Source of the DNA: an uncultured Chloroflexia bacterium
GTDB taxonomy: Bacteria; Chloroflexota; Dehalococcoidia; DSTF01; WHTK01
DNA length: 64,000 nt
Assembly (NCBI GenBank): GCA_963703905.1
Contig: CAVPFY010000006.1
Span: forward strand, 264,601 to 328,600
Reading direction: 5' to 3'
In this document: positions 36,217-45,956 of the stretch, in pieces
Numbering within the stretch: position 1 is the first letter of the stretch
How the letters are laid out: each line of letters begins with the position of its first letter
Notes under the pieces: model-generated
What the model was told of the DNA's origin: nothing
The model's input: the letters and a program-made list of their open reading frames with translations, nothing else
The model's database searches: none
Made by a program: the position numbers and the translations under genes

Positions 36217-37616
36217 ATGATGAAAACCGCCCTCATGCGCTGGCCCCTTATCGCGCTGCTGGCCCTCACCATGGCCTGCTCCGGCGGCCACGGTGGCGCG
36301 GGCGGGTCGGCCTCGCCCAGGAACGCGGCCCCGGTCGGCGTGAGCGCCCCGGCGCCGGAGGCGCATCCCGCCGACCACATCCTCTATGCGTTCGACCTGC
36401 TTTCGGCCTATTACGTCGATGAAGTCGATGTATTCGCGGCTGTTGCAGGCTGCCTGGACCGGGGCGCTGCAGGCGCTGTCCGAGAGCTTCCAGCCACCAT
36501 CGGGCCTGCAACTGACCCTCCCAGCCGACCAGGTAGGCGCCGAGACGGCTTTCTCGAAGGCGATGGCGACGCTGCTGTCGCTGGCGCCGGCCGGCGTGGA
36601 TGGCCAGGAGATGACGTTCGCGGCGGTCAAGGCGATGACGAAGGCGCTGGGCGACGACCACACCTACTTCATGCGGCCGGATGCTTACGAGCTTTATCAG
36701 GCGAACGAGACGGTTGGCCTGGCCTTCTCCGGCGTGCGAAGGGGCGACGGCCTGCTGGCCTGGTTCGTGTATGAGGATGGGCCGGCCGCGCGCTCCGGGA
36801 TCCGGCCGGGCGACCTGATCGCGCGCATCGACGGACAGGCGGCCGCTCGCGACCCAGATGACACTGAGGATGCTGACGCCCTGCGCGCCGGCGTGCCGGT
36901 AACTCTTACCGTCGACCGGCCCGGTCGAGGCGAGTTCGAGGTGGCCGCGACGCCGGAGCGCACGCAGCGGCGCATTCTGGACTACCGTATGGCCGGCGAC
37001 ATCGGTTACTTGCGTTTGTACAGGTTCCCGCCGGCGCAGACGCTTCTACCCGGCGGCGACACCTTGATCACTTATCTGGACACAGCCCTGGCGGAGCTGC
37101 GCAAGGCCGGCGCGAAAGCCTGGGTGCTGGACCTGCGCAACAACCCCGGCGGTTCGGAGGTGGTGGCGGCGACCGTCGCCGGCCGGTTCGGCTCTCAAAG
37201 GACCGCTGATCGAGAACAGGCGCCGCGGAAGCCAGGGCGCTGTCATCGACGCGATCGGCGACAGCGGCCTCGGCGGCCTGCCGCTGGTGGTGCTGGTGAA
37301 CGAGAACAGCGCCTCCAGCTCGGAGCTGGTTGCCGCCTCGCTTCAGCAGGCCGGACTGGCGCGGATCATCGGCTACAAGACCTCGGGCGTCGTCAATACG
37401 TCGCGGACGTGGGCTGTCGCCGGTGGCGGCCTCTTCATCACGACCGACAGGGCGTTCGCGGGTGGGCGGCGGGAGTACCTGGACGGCGCCGGCGTGTTCC
37501 CGGACGAGGCCGTGAACCTCAACCGTGAAGATCTGGCCGCCGGGCACGATTCACAGCTCGACCGCGCCCTCGACTGGCTTCATTCGCGCCCGCCGGCCGC
37601 GGCCGGGGCAAGGTGA
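36217..37616 (+). pseudogene. S41 C-terminal processing peptidase (lipoprotein signal), two frameshifts as assembled
   Basis: Signal MMKTALMRWPLIALLALTMACSGG. PDZ-like GIRPGDLIARIDG. LDLRNNPGGS, and NENSASSSE with GYKTSG in the third frame. Breaks lie near 36430 and 37197. Confidence 0.75.
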
Positions 37617-37617
37617 C

Positions 37618-38220
37618 TTATTCGCCCTCGCGAAGGCCGCCATCGCCGGTGGCCGGCGGCGTGATGCCGCCGCGGGCGGCGGGCGACACCGGCTGCGCCT
37701 GAGCCGGGGCGACTGCGTTCGCGGCCGGCGCCACCGTGGGGAGCAGGGGCAGCGGTTGGTCTCCCGGTAGGGCCGGCGGCAAAACCTGGCCGCGGGACAC
37801 CGCCTTTCCCTGCGAAAGGGACCTGACCTCGACGTAAAGCCTGCCGGCGTACAGGTCGGCGACCTGGTCAGAGGTTAAGGTCAGCGCGCCCGTGGCCGTG
37901 GTCCAGCCGCCGGCCGCCAGCTGCGCGACGAGCGGCCCGTTGGCGCCGAGGCCCGCCCGGCGCAGCTCGGCAGCGGCGACGTCATTCGCCGAAGCGCCGA
38001 GAAGGACGATCGTGAAGCGCAGCTGGTTGGTGTCGGTCTCAAGCACCAGGTGGGCGACGCCTGAGATGCCCTTGCGAGCTTGGCGGCACCACCTGGGCGC
38101 CGGACATTGTGACCAGAAAGGTGAAGGGGGCGGCGCGAGCGCGCCCCGGCTGGCCGCCGGCGAGGCTTGCGCCTAATGCCAGCAGGGTAATCGGCGGTAC
38201 AGTGCCAGGCTTCTTCTCAT
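37618..38220 (-). pseudogene. CHRD domain protein with signal peptide, two frameshifts as assembled
   Basis: ORF 37618..38046 plus an upstream out-of-frame N-terminus MRRSLAL..PPITLLALGASLAGG..FTFLVTMSGAQVVPPSSQG recovered by hand translation. Confidence 0.55.
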
Positions 38221-38552
38221 GACCAGCACCAGGCGCGCGGTAGAGCGCGCCGAGGCGCCTGATTCTACCAGTGCCTGAGGACGCGAAAGGTGCCGCGGTC
38301 GGCGTGCCGCAATTTTGGAAAAAAGGTAAAAGGGCTATTCACATTCGCCAAATTAGGGGTACAATGCGCCCGCTGGCGGTAGCCCGGGTTTGGGACTAAG
38401 GGTCAACTGCTTGCCCCGCCGGCCCTTAGGGTTCGAACTGGCTACCGCCGCTCCATCCCCTCTCAAGCGCTTCAGCATTTCAGCATTTCGGCCAGAGGCT
38501 CCGCCCGGCGCCACGCACCTTGGCTGACCTGATCCGAATTCCCGCGCGGCGG

Positions 38553-40398
38553 CTACTCCACCGTCACCGTCTTCGCCAGGTTGCGAGGCTGGTCGATGTC
38601 CGCGCCGCGGCGCAGGGCGATGTAGTAGGCCAGGTACTGCATCGGGATGGCCGTGACCATCGGCTGCAGGAGCGGCGGCGCGTCCGGCACAAAGATCACG
38701 TCGTCGGCCCTCGCCGGCGCCAGGTCGTCGCCCTCGGTGGCGATGGCGATGACCTGGCCGTCGCGGGCGCGCACCTCCTCGATGTTGTTCAGCATCTTGG
38801 CGTAGTGCGCGTCCTTCACGGCGATCGCGACAACCGGCATCTCGCCGTCGATCAGGGCGATGGGGCCGTGCTTCATCTCGCCCGCGGCGTAGCCTTCGGC
38901 GTGGATGTAGCTCACCTCTTTGAGCTTGAGGGCGCCCTCCATGGCGATCGGGAACTCCAGGCCGCGTCCGAGGAAGAGGAAGTGCTGCGAGCCGCGAAAG
39001 CGGTTCGCGACGCGCTCGCAGGCCTTCTCCGTCTTCAGCGCCTGGCCGATTAGCGACGGCATGCGCGCCAGGTCCGCCAGGCGCAGGCCCAGGTCAGACT
39101 CGCTGAGAACGCCGCGGCGGTAGCCGATGTGGCAGGCCAGCAGGTACAGGGCCGTTATCGAACCGATGAAGGTCTTGGTCGAAGCGACGGCGATCTCCGG
39201 CCCGCAGCGCATGAAGACGGTGCCGTGCGCCAGCCGCGTCGCCTGCGACCCCGGCGTGTTGCATATCGCCAGCACCCGCGCGCCCTGAGACTTGGCCTGG
39301 TGCATCGCCGCCAGGGTGTCGACCGTCTCGCCCGACTGCAAGACGGCGACCACCAGGACGGAGCCGTCTATTACCGGCTCGCGGTAGCGGTATTCGGAGG
39401 CGTTGTCGGCCTCGGCGGGCAGGCCCGTGATCTGCTCGAAGTAGCTGCGCCCGATCTGGGCCGAGTGGTAGCTGGTGCCCATGCCGATGAGGACGACCCG
39501 CTTGATTGCGGCGACCTCCTCGTCCGTCATAGGCGCGTCCGGGAGGTCGACCCGCGGCGGGTCGATGCCGAAGACTCCCCGCAGCGTGTTGAGCACGGCC
39601 TCCGGCTGCTCCGCGATCTCTTTGGCCATGAAGTGCTTGTACATGCCCTTGCCGGCGGCAATCGGCCCCGCGGGCACCTCCTGGGGCGCCTTTTCGATCG
39701 TCTCGCCGGCCGTGTTCGTGAAGGTAGCGCCGTCGCGCGTGACGCGAGCGACCTCGCCGTCGGCGAGAAACACCACCTTCTGCGCGTACGGCACCAGGGC
39801 GGGCAGGTCGCTGGCCACGTACATCGCGCCCTGGCCGTAGCCGATGACGACGCCGCCGGCGTTGGCGATTCGCGCCGCGACCATCACGCCGGGCTCCGCC
39901 CGTCGCAAGGCGACCAACGCCGCCGCGCCGTCGATCTGGGCGATGGTCCGGCAGACCGCGGAGGCGAGGTCGTGCCCTTTCTTCACCTCTTCCTCGATCA
40001 GGTGCGGGATTACCTCCGTGTCAGTCTCGGAGAGGAAAGTGTGGCCGGCTTCGATGAGCCCGGCGCGCAGGTCCAGATAGTTCTCGACGATGCCGTTGTG
40101 GATGACCGTGACGTCCCCGGCCGAATCGGTGTGAGGATGGGCGTTGGCCTCGGTGGCCTTGCCGTGAGTGGCCCAGCGCGTGTGGCCGATGCCGGTGGTA
40201 CCAGGCGGCATCTGCTCGCCGATGCACTTGCGCAGGTTGTCGAGCTTGCCGGCGCCCTTCACGACCGTCATCTCGCCCGCCGTTCGTAAGGACGGCGATG
40301 CCGGCGCTGTCGTAGCCGCGATATTCGAGGCGGCTCAGCCCATCGAGCACTATCGGGGCGGCGGCTTCGTCGCCGGCGTAGCCCATGATTCCGCACAT
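38553..40398 (-). pseudogene. glmS: glutamine--fructose-6-phosphate aminotransferase, one frameshift as assembled
   Basis: N-terminus [36 protein letters not shown] (ORF 40021..40578 frame). The rest is in ORF 38553..40271, ending LAKTVTVE. An extra G lies near 40283. GGAGG precedes ATG 40398. Confidence 0.9.
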
Positions 40399-40572
40399 AA
40401 GGGACCTCCAGGTTGTGCCGGACGCGCGGATTTCAGGTGCGCGCCGGCGGCCGTGCAGGTGGTGGGGATTTGTGATGCGTCTGGAGGTTGGGCTTGGAGG
40501 GAAACCCGCTGTAGGCCCGCCGAGAACTGATGATGAGTAGCTGGTGGATGGACTCCAACCACCGACCCCCAG

Positions 40573-40772
40573 CACCATCGTCCCGCCGGTTCAGGGGTTG
40601 CACGCCGGCCGTGGGTTTGTCGAGGGCTTGCGCGCCTCGTTTTGTCCCGGCCGTAACGGCTGTGCCGCCGAGAGGCTACCCGCCGAGTATTTCGATGAGC
40701 CTCTTCCTCGTCATCCTCCATCCCGTCGATCGCCCGGATAAGCCGTGCGACAAAGATGGAGGACCTGGCGCT
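40573..40772 (-). ncRNA. glmS ribozyme/riboswitch (GlcN6P-dependent self-cleaving leader)
   Basis: The minus strand reads AGCGCCAGG...GACGAGGAAGAGGCUCAUCGAAAUACUCGGCGGGUAGCCUCUCGGCGGCACAGCCGUUACGG...GACAAACCC. This matches the conserved glmS core (AGCGCC cleavage site, GACGAGG, AUCGAA..UCGGCGG, CACAGCCGU). It lies about 175 nt upstream of glmS. The 3' boundary is approximate. Confidence 0.85.
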
Positions 40773-40864
40773 ATGTCAGTCGTCCTCTGGGCCCTGTTCA
40801 CCTCCCTGGCGAAATATTGTCCTCACTATAGCACCGTAGGGAGCCAGGGCTGCCCCGCGCGGAC

Positions 40865-41695
40865 CTATCGGTGTCCTGTCGAATTGATGCGGCCTGGCGG
40901 CGAGTTCTGGCGGGCGACCTCATAGAGGACCAGCGCCGCCGCTATCGACAGGTTGAGTGATTCGACGGCGCCGGCCATGGGGATGAGGACCACCTGGTCG
41001 CACAGCGCCAGCTGATCCTGCGTCAGGCCGATGCGCTCGCTGCCGGAGAGGACGACGACGGGCGGGGTGTAGTCCGCCTCGCGAAAGTCGAGACTGGCTC
41101 CGGGCGACGTGCCGACCACGCGGGCGCCGTACGCCTTCAGCCAGCGGGCGAAGTCGGCCGGCGTCGTTTCGACCACACGTTGGCTGAAGATCGCGCCCAG
41201 GCTGCCGCGCACCGCGACCGGGTGGTAGGGGTCGGTCGAGGCGCCGGTGAGGATGACGCCGGCGCCGCCGGCGGCCTCGGAGGTGCGGATCAGCGTCCCC
41301 AGGTTGCCGGGGTGCTGGATCTCGTGTACCGCGACCCAGGAAAGCTCGCCCGCGGGCGACGCCGGCAGCGGGTCATGACGCCGCCTGACGACGGCGCCCA
41401 TGCTGTCCGGGTCGCCGCGAAACGAGAGGCTGTCGTAGACTTCGGCGCTGACCTCCAGGACCTCCGCCCCGGCCTTTCGGGCGCGGGCTATGGCGTCACG
41501 CTCGGCGGCCGTCTTCAGGCGCTCGGCAACCACGACCACGGCTTCGATCTGGGCCGCCGCCTCGAGGGCCGCGCGGACCAGGCGGGCGCTTTCGGCGAAG
41601 AAGACGCCGCCGCGGTCGCGCTCGTGCTTGTTGCGCAGCGCTCGTATGGCCTTGATCCGCGAGTTGGCCCTGGAGGTAATAGGAGGCATCGGCAC
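40865..41695 (-). CDS. TrmH/SpoU family RNA 2'-O-methyltransferase
   Basis: 276 aa. HPGNLGTLIRTSEAAG, VVLSGSERIGL and SLNLSIAAALVLYE motifs. Confidence 0.85.
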   Translation of the reverse strand: MPMPPITSRANSRIKAIRALRNKHERDRGGVFFAESARLVRAALEAAAQIEAVVVVAERLKTAAERDAIARARKAGAEVLEVSAEVYDSLSFRGDPDSMGAVVRRRHDPLPASPAGELSWVAVHEIQHPGNLGTLIRTSEAAGGAGVILTGASTDPYHPVAVRGSLGAIFSQRVVETTPADFARWLKAYGARVVGTSPGASLDFREADYTPPVVVLSGSERIGLTQDQLALCDQVVLIPMAGAVESLNLSIAAALVLYEVARQNSPPGRINSTGHR

Positions 41696-41778
41696 AGTTT
41701 ACGGCGCGGTTTCCGGCCCACGCGATTGGCATTTGGCGCCGGACGGAGAATGGTATATTGCGGCGCGGGGGCAGGCTA

Positions 41779-42582
41779 ATGGAATCGAAACACGCCTTGC
41801 GCGTCCTGATCCTCGGATCGAGCGAGGCCACCTACCCGAAGGACGATCCATCGAATTCTCTGGCCACTCTGACGGCGGCCGCGCTGCAAGGGCTCGTCCC
41901 GGAACGCGAGTGGGCGGCCCGTGCCGCGATCGTCTACCAGATGGAGAACATGGCGGAGCGGGCCCTGGCCGCGGTCCGGGACTTCGCCCCGGCGGTCGTG
42001 GTCCTGCTGCCCAGCGGCAGCACCTTTTCAGACCGCAAGGCCGTCTACAGCGTCTACCATCGGTTTCCTCGGCTCTATCCGTGGGCCGAGAAGATTGGCC
42101 GCGTCCTCTATACAGCCACCGGGCCGAGGTCCGAAGGCGAGGCGTCCTTGCGGGCGGCCCTCTTGAGCGCGCCCGGGAGGCTGGCGGAGTGGAGCCTGGG
42201 CCAGTTGCCCCTCATCTACCCGGAGGTGGCATACGCTGCTACGCGGCGCTGCCTGGAGGAACTCTCGGCGCTCGATGGCGTCAAGGTCGTGTGCCGGCTG
42301 GCCGTTGGCTCTTCTCCCAACGTCAAGCAGGCCGCGAGCATCAGGGCGATGGTGGCCGCCTACAACGACTTCCTGCGCGGCGTGTGCGCCGAGCTTGGCA
42401 TTCCGACGCTGGACGTCTTCGCCAGGCTGGCCGCGATCGGCAGGGGCTATGACCTGGAGGCGGACGGCCTGCACGCGGCCCTGGCGACGCGGCGCCTGAT
42501 TGCCGGCTGGGTCGCCGAATCCGTGCTCGACGTCCTCGAGCAGCGGTCAGAACTGCCTGGGGCCGTGACGCTGCTGCGCTAG
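41779..42582 (+). CDS. SGNH/GDSL-like hydrolase family protein (tentative)
   Basis: MESKHALRVLILGSSEATY block I-like and EADGLHAAL block V-like motifs. Paralogue of 62518..63295. Confidence 0.5.
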   Translation: MESKHALRVLILGSSEATYPKDDPSNSLATLTAAALQGLVPEREWAARAAIVYQMENMAERALAAVRDFAPAVVVLLPSGSTFSDRKAVYSVYHRFPRLYPWAEKIGRVLYTATGPRSEGEASLRAALLSAPGRLAEWSLGQLPLIYPEVAYAATRRCLEELSALDGVKVVCRLAVGSSPNVKQAASIRAMVAAYNDFLRGVCAELGIPTLDVFARLAAIGRGYDLEADGLHAALATRRLIAGWVAESVLDVLEQRSELPGAVTLLR

Positions 42583-43274
42583 CGCCCCTGGATTCGCTTG
42601 AGGAGCGCGGGGAAGTCGAGGCCGCTCTCGCGCTGAATGACCCGCTTCATACTGGCCATGGCCGGCAAGGGGTTTTGAGCGAGCTCATCGGCCAGCGCCC
42701 GGGCGGTTTCCAACACCCGATCATCCGGCGCCGCGGCGTAGGCGATCCCCATTTCCTTGAGCTCCCGGCCGTTGTAGAGCTTCGCCGACTGCGCGATCTG
42801 GACGGCGGCGTTGTAGCCCCAGCGGGTGATCAGCCAGGCCAGGTTAACGGGCGCGCCGGCCATGCCCAGCCGCGCTTCCGTGGCGCCGATGCGGGCACCC
42901 TCGCCGGCGACAATGAAGTCGCAGGCGAAGCAGAGCGCGGATCCGCCGGCGATCGCGGCGCGCTCAACCGCGCCCACCACGGGCTTGAGGCAGTTCCAGA
43001 CCGCGATGTGGAAGTCTCCCCAGGCCTCCTGGGTGCGCGGCAGCCAGGAGGGCGGCGGCTCCGCGCGGCGCGCGTCCAGGTCCATCCCGGCGCAGAAGGT
43101 CCCGCCTGCGCCGCGGATCAAGATCACGCTGACGCTATCATCCGCCGCGAAGGATTGGATGGCCTCGCGCATCTCGTCGATCATCGGGACGATGAGGGCG
43201 TTGCGCTTCTCGGGGCGGTTGAGGACCAGCTCGGCGCGGGCCCCGGAGCGCTCGGTCAGGACGAATTCAGTCAT
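42579..43274 (-). CDS. enoyl-CoA hydratase/isomerase (crotonase) family
   Basis: 231 aa. LNRPEKRNAL, GAGGTFCAGMDL, AIAGGSALCFACD motifs. Confidence 0.85.
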   Translation of the reverse strand: MTEFVLTERSGARAELVLNRPEKRNALIVPMIDEMREAIQSFAADDSVSVILIRGAGGTFCAGMDLDARRAEPPPSWLPRTQEAWGDFHIAVWNCLKPVVGAVERAAIAGGSALCFACDFIVAGEGARIGATEARLGMAGAPVNLAWLITRWGYNAAVQIAQSAKLYNGRELKEMGIAYAAAPDDRVLETARALADELAQNPLPAMASMKRVIQRESGLDFPALLKRIQGR

Positions 43275-43339
43275 TCCTTGCTCCGTTCAGTAATCAAGGG
43301 AGAAAGTCAGCCCGCGGCGGATATAGGGCGCGGCCTCTC

Positions 43340-43843
43340 TCATGCCTGATGCTTGGTCCAGTCACGCGTGAACATGCGCCGCGGGTTGATGCGGTAGTAG
43401 AGGACGTCCGGGGCGAGCCCGGTGGCGCTGGCGCCGTAGACCTTGGTCCAGGCCTTGTCGGCGTCATCCCACTCCGCGTGCCCTGGGTCGATGGCGTCGG
43501 CCTCGCCGTGGACGATGACGGCGTAGTCGTCGCCGTCGTAGAAGCAGAGGCTTACGGCGGGGTTATGCCTCATGTGCCGGGCGCGCAGCGAGCTCCTGGT
43601 CGTGCCCAACTGAAAGCGCCCGCGTACCAGAAAGACGTCTACGGGCGAAGCGAAAGGTTCGGCGCGGCTGTTTACTGTCGCGAGCACGGCGACCTTGCGC
43701 CCCGCGAAGAAGTCGACCACCTCGCGGGCGGACATTGCCAGGTCAGGCGTCATGATGAAGCGGAATTGCGGACTCTCCGCGTTGCTAAAGCTGGCGTCCA
43801 TCAGCTCCTGGAGGCGGTCCATATCCTCGGGTGTCTCCCACAT
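43340..43843 (-). CDS. PPOX (pyridoxamine 5'-phosphate oxidase-like) family protein
   Basis: 167 aa. VAVLATVNSRAEPFASPVDVFLVRGRFQLGT split-barrel pattern. Confidence 0.7.
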   Translation of the reverse strand: MWETPEDMDRLQELMDASFSNAESPQFRFIMTPDLAMSAREVVDFFAGRKVAVLATVNSRAEPFASPVDVFLVRGRFQLGTTRSSLRARHMRHNPAVSLCFYDGDDYAVIVHGEADAIDPGHAEWDDADKAWTKVYGASATGLAPDVLYYRINPRRMFTRDWTKHQA

Positions 43844-43930
43844 GAGTCACGTCCTCCGAGCCCACTGGTGTGGTGCTAGCGCGAAAGGAAGGCCTGAACG
43901 AGGCGGCCAGCAAAGCCTGAGGTTCGGGAC

Positions 43931-44830
43931 CTAGGCGAGCTTCTTGGAGAGGGATGCCCAGTCCAGGCGGGCGTCCAGCAGTTCGTAAGCAGCATCGGCC
44001 TTGGCTTCGCCGGAGAAGGCGCTGGCCGTCCAGACGGGGCCCAGGGCCACAACCGCGGCGGGCGTCTGGTGCTGGGCCAGGAGCACGGTGCAGGCCTCAT
44101 CGCGCACGCGGTCGATGATGTAGTGGCTGGGCTGATGGCCGCCGGTCACGACGACGCAGGCAGCGCCGCCTTCGACGGCCGCCAGGAGCAGGTCCGTTTT
44201 GTAAGAGGGCGCCAGGACGGCCTTGGAACCGGCAAAGCGGCTGAAGTGGGTCTTGGCGCCATCGGTGAAAACGGGCGCCACGAGCACGTTCTCGATCGAC
44301 GCGTGCAAGTTCTCGCCTTCGTGCAGGACGTCGGCGGCGAGCGCGGCGCGGATGTCGGCGACCGCGGGTGCCGCCAGGCGGGCATCTTCCGGAAGCACCG
44401 CCAGGGGCCGCAGTCCGGCGTTCGTGAGGTCGCGCGCAACTAGCTCGATTTCGCCGGCCGTGACGATTGTAGAAACGCTGCCGACCAGCTTCGGACCCAG
44501 CGCCTTCGCCAGGGCGGCGTCGGCGTCCCCCGGATAGCCCCGCACCACCACAATTGCCGGGGCGTCCAGAGGCGCTTCGCCCGCGCTAAGCTCGATGATG
44601 CTCAGGGCGGCGCCGCCCATTGGGACCTTGTCGCGCGCTACCGGTGCGGCCGGCGCCGCCGCATACGCGAGGCCGGCGAATGCGGCCGCGTCGGCGGCCG
44701 CTCCGGGCGAGGCGCCAACGCGCAGGAGTTGGACGCTCTGGCCCCGCGACGCCAGGCCGCGCGCCAGCGCGGCGGCAATTGTGCTCTTGCCGGCACGGGG
44801 ACTGCTGGAGACGATCTGAAGGATGGGCAT
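43931..44830 (-). CDS. P-loop (BioD/Pta N-terminal-like) plus DRTGG domain protein (tentative)
   Basis: 299 aa. SSSPRAGKST P-loop-like start. The C-terminal VVVTGGHQPSHYIIDRVRDEACTVLLAQHQT resembles the DRTGG domain. Confidence 0.45.
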   Translation of the reverse strand: MPILQIVSSSPRAGKSTIAAALARGLASRGQSVQLLRVGASPGAAADAAAFAGLAYAAAPAAPVARDKVPMGGAALSIIELSAGEAPLDAPAIVVVRGYPGDADAALAKALGPKLVGSVSTIVTAGEIELVARDLTNAGLRPLAVLPEDARLAAPAVADIRAALAADVLHEGENLHASIENVLVAPVFTDGAKTHFSRFAGSKAVLAPSYKTDLLLAAVEGGAACVVVTGGHQPSHYIIDRVRDEACTVLLAQHQTPAAVVALGPVWTASAFSGEAKADAAYELLDARLDWASLSKKLA

Positions 44831-44985
44831 GGCTTAAAGGCTGGCGAATTATAACAACCCTCCGGTTTAGGTACAGCGCCGGGCGGGAGTGGAGGCGATG
44901 GTTAAGGTTCCGTTAAGCCGGGTGCGAAACGGGTCGCGGCCGAATCTGGCCATGCTAGAATCGGGGTGTCGCCGCCCGCCGGCGA

Positions 44986-45095
44986 CGGCCGAATCCCTAC
45001 CCAAGAGGGAGCGGGGGAACCACCGAAGGGGTGCAGTCCTTTGAGGAGGACGGGGTACTTTCAGGCCCTAACCCGTCAGCTAACCTCGTAGGCCG
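44986..45095 (+). promoter_or_regulatory. c-di-AMP riboswitch (ydaO-yuaA class) in the otsB leader
   Basis: CGGCCGAAUC..GGAGCGGGGGAACCA..GGGGUGCAGUCC..GGACGGGG..CCCUAACCCGUCAGCUAACCUCGUAGGCCG. Compare the B. subtilis ydaO core as I recall it: GAGCGGGGGACCCA, GGGGUGAAUCC, ACCCGUCAGCUAACCUCGUAAGCG. The aptamer ends 15 nt before ATG 45111, next to GAGGAAGAGG. Confidence 0.85.
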
Positions 45096-45110
45096 CTGAG
45101 AGGAAGAGGC

Positions 45111-45956
45111 ATGTCGAACGAGACCTCGGTTCGCCATCGGGCGAAGGCCGCCGCGTCACCTGCGCCCGCCGCGGCGCTGGAGCGATGTATGTCCGTCCTC
45201 GCGCATCGGCCGGCTGCTCTCCTGACCGACGTAGACGGCACTTTGAGCCGCATCGTCCCCCGCCCCGAAGACGCAACGGTCGACCCCGCGATCGCCCGTT
45301 CGCTGGCAAAGCTGGCACGGCAGCTGGATTTGGTGGGCGTGATCACGGCCCGCGAGGAGGCCATAGCGCGAAGGATGGTTGGCGCGGAGGGCATCACTTA
45401 CGTCGGGAACTACGGCCTCACTTACGGAGCCGCCGCACTGAGCCGCGAGGCCGTCGCCACGGCCCGGCGGCTGATCGAGCCGAAGCTCGCGGACCTGCCC
45501 TGTGTGACGCTTGAGGACAAGACTGTGGCGTTCGCCCTGCACTACCGCAACTGTGACGAGCCAAACGGCGTCCGGCGCAAGCTGTTGGACCTGGTGAAAC
45601 CGATTGCGGCAGAGACCGGCGTTCGTATCCTCGAAGGCAAAAAGGTGATCGAGGTGGTGCCGGCCGGCCTGCCCGACAAAGCCAGCGCCTTCTCCCACCT
45701 GATCGACGCCGCCGGGACCAGGGGCGTCGTATACCTGGGCGACGACGTCTCCGACGTCGCCGTGTTCGCGGAGATCGGCCGCCGCCGCGCCGCCGGCGAC
45801 TTCGATGGCGCCGGGATCGCTGTCATCGACGCGGAGACCGACCCGTCGGTGCGAAAGGCCGCCGACCTGACGCTGGGCAGCGTCGAAGAGGTGGCCGGGC
45901 TATTGGCGGCGCTGGCGGGCCGCCTGGGACAGACTCGGGGGCACGACCATGCCTGA
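45111..45956 (+). CDS. otsB: trehalose-6-phosphate phosphatase
   Basis: 281 aa. HAD motif LLTDVDGTLS, KVIEVVP, YLGDDVSD. Confidence 0.85.
   Translation: MSNETSVRHRAKAAASPAPAAALERCMSVLAHRPAALLTDVDGTLSRIVPRPEDATVDPAIARSLAKLARQLDLVGVITAREEAIARRMVGAEGITYVGNYGLTYGAAALSREAVATARRLIEPKLADLPCVTLEDKTVAFALHYRNCDEPNGVRRKLLDLVKPIAAETGVRILEGKKVIEVVPAGLPDKASAFSHLIDAAGTRGVVYLGDDVSDVAVFAEIGRRRAAGDFDGAGIAVIDAETDPSVRKAADLTLGSVEEVAGLLAALAGRLGQTRGHDHA

Noticed and set aside
38375-38449. A 75-nt element with a GGTTCGAAC T-loop-like string, a 7-bp acceptor-like stem and a promoter-like TTCACA..TACAAT upstream. I considered a tRNA or tRNA-like RNA.
   Set aside because: The outer stem is 10 bp (ggcggtagcc/ggctaccgcc). 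No D, anticodon or T arms can be drawn: the 17 nt before the 3' strand do not pair. GTTCGAAC is simply a palindrome. I treat it as a long imperfect hairpin between glmS and the CHRD gene.
38470-38486. A TTCAGCAT 8-mer duplication downstream of glmS.
   Set aside because: There are only two copies, which is too short to distinguish from chance. It is not part of the heptamer families.
40350-40925. Small ORFs between glmS and the TrmH-like gene (40350..40721, 40530..40925, 40544..40741).
   Set aside because: They overlap the glmS ribozyme and leader, and their sequence conservation is explained by the RNA.
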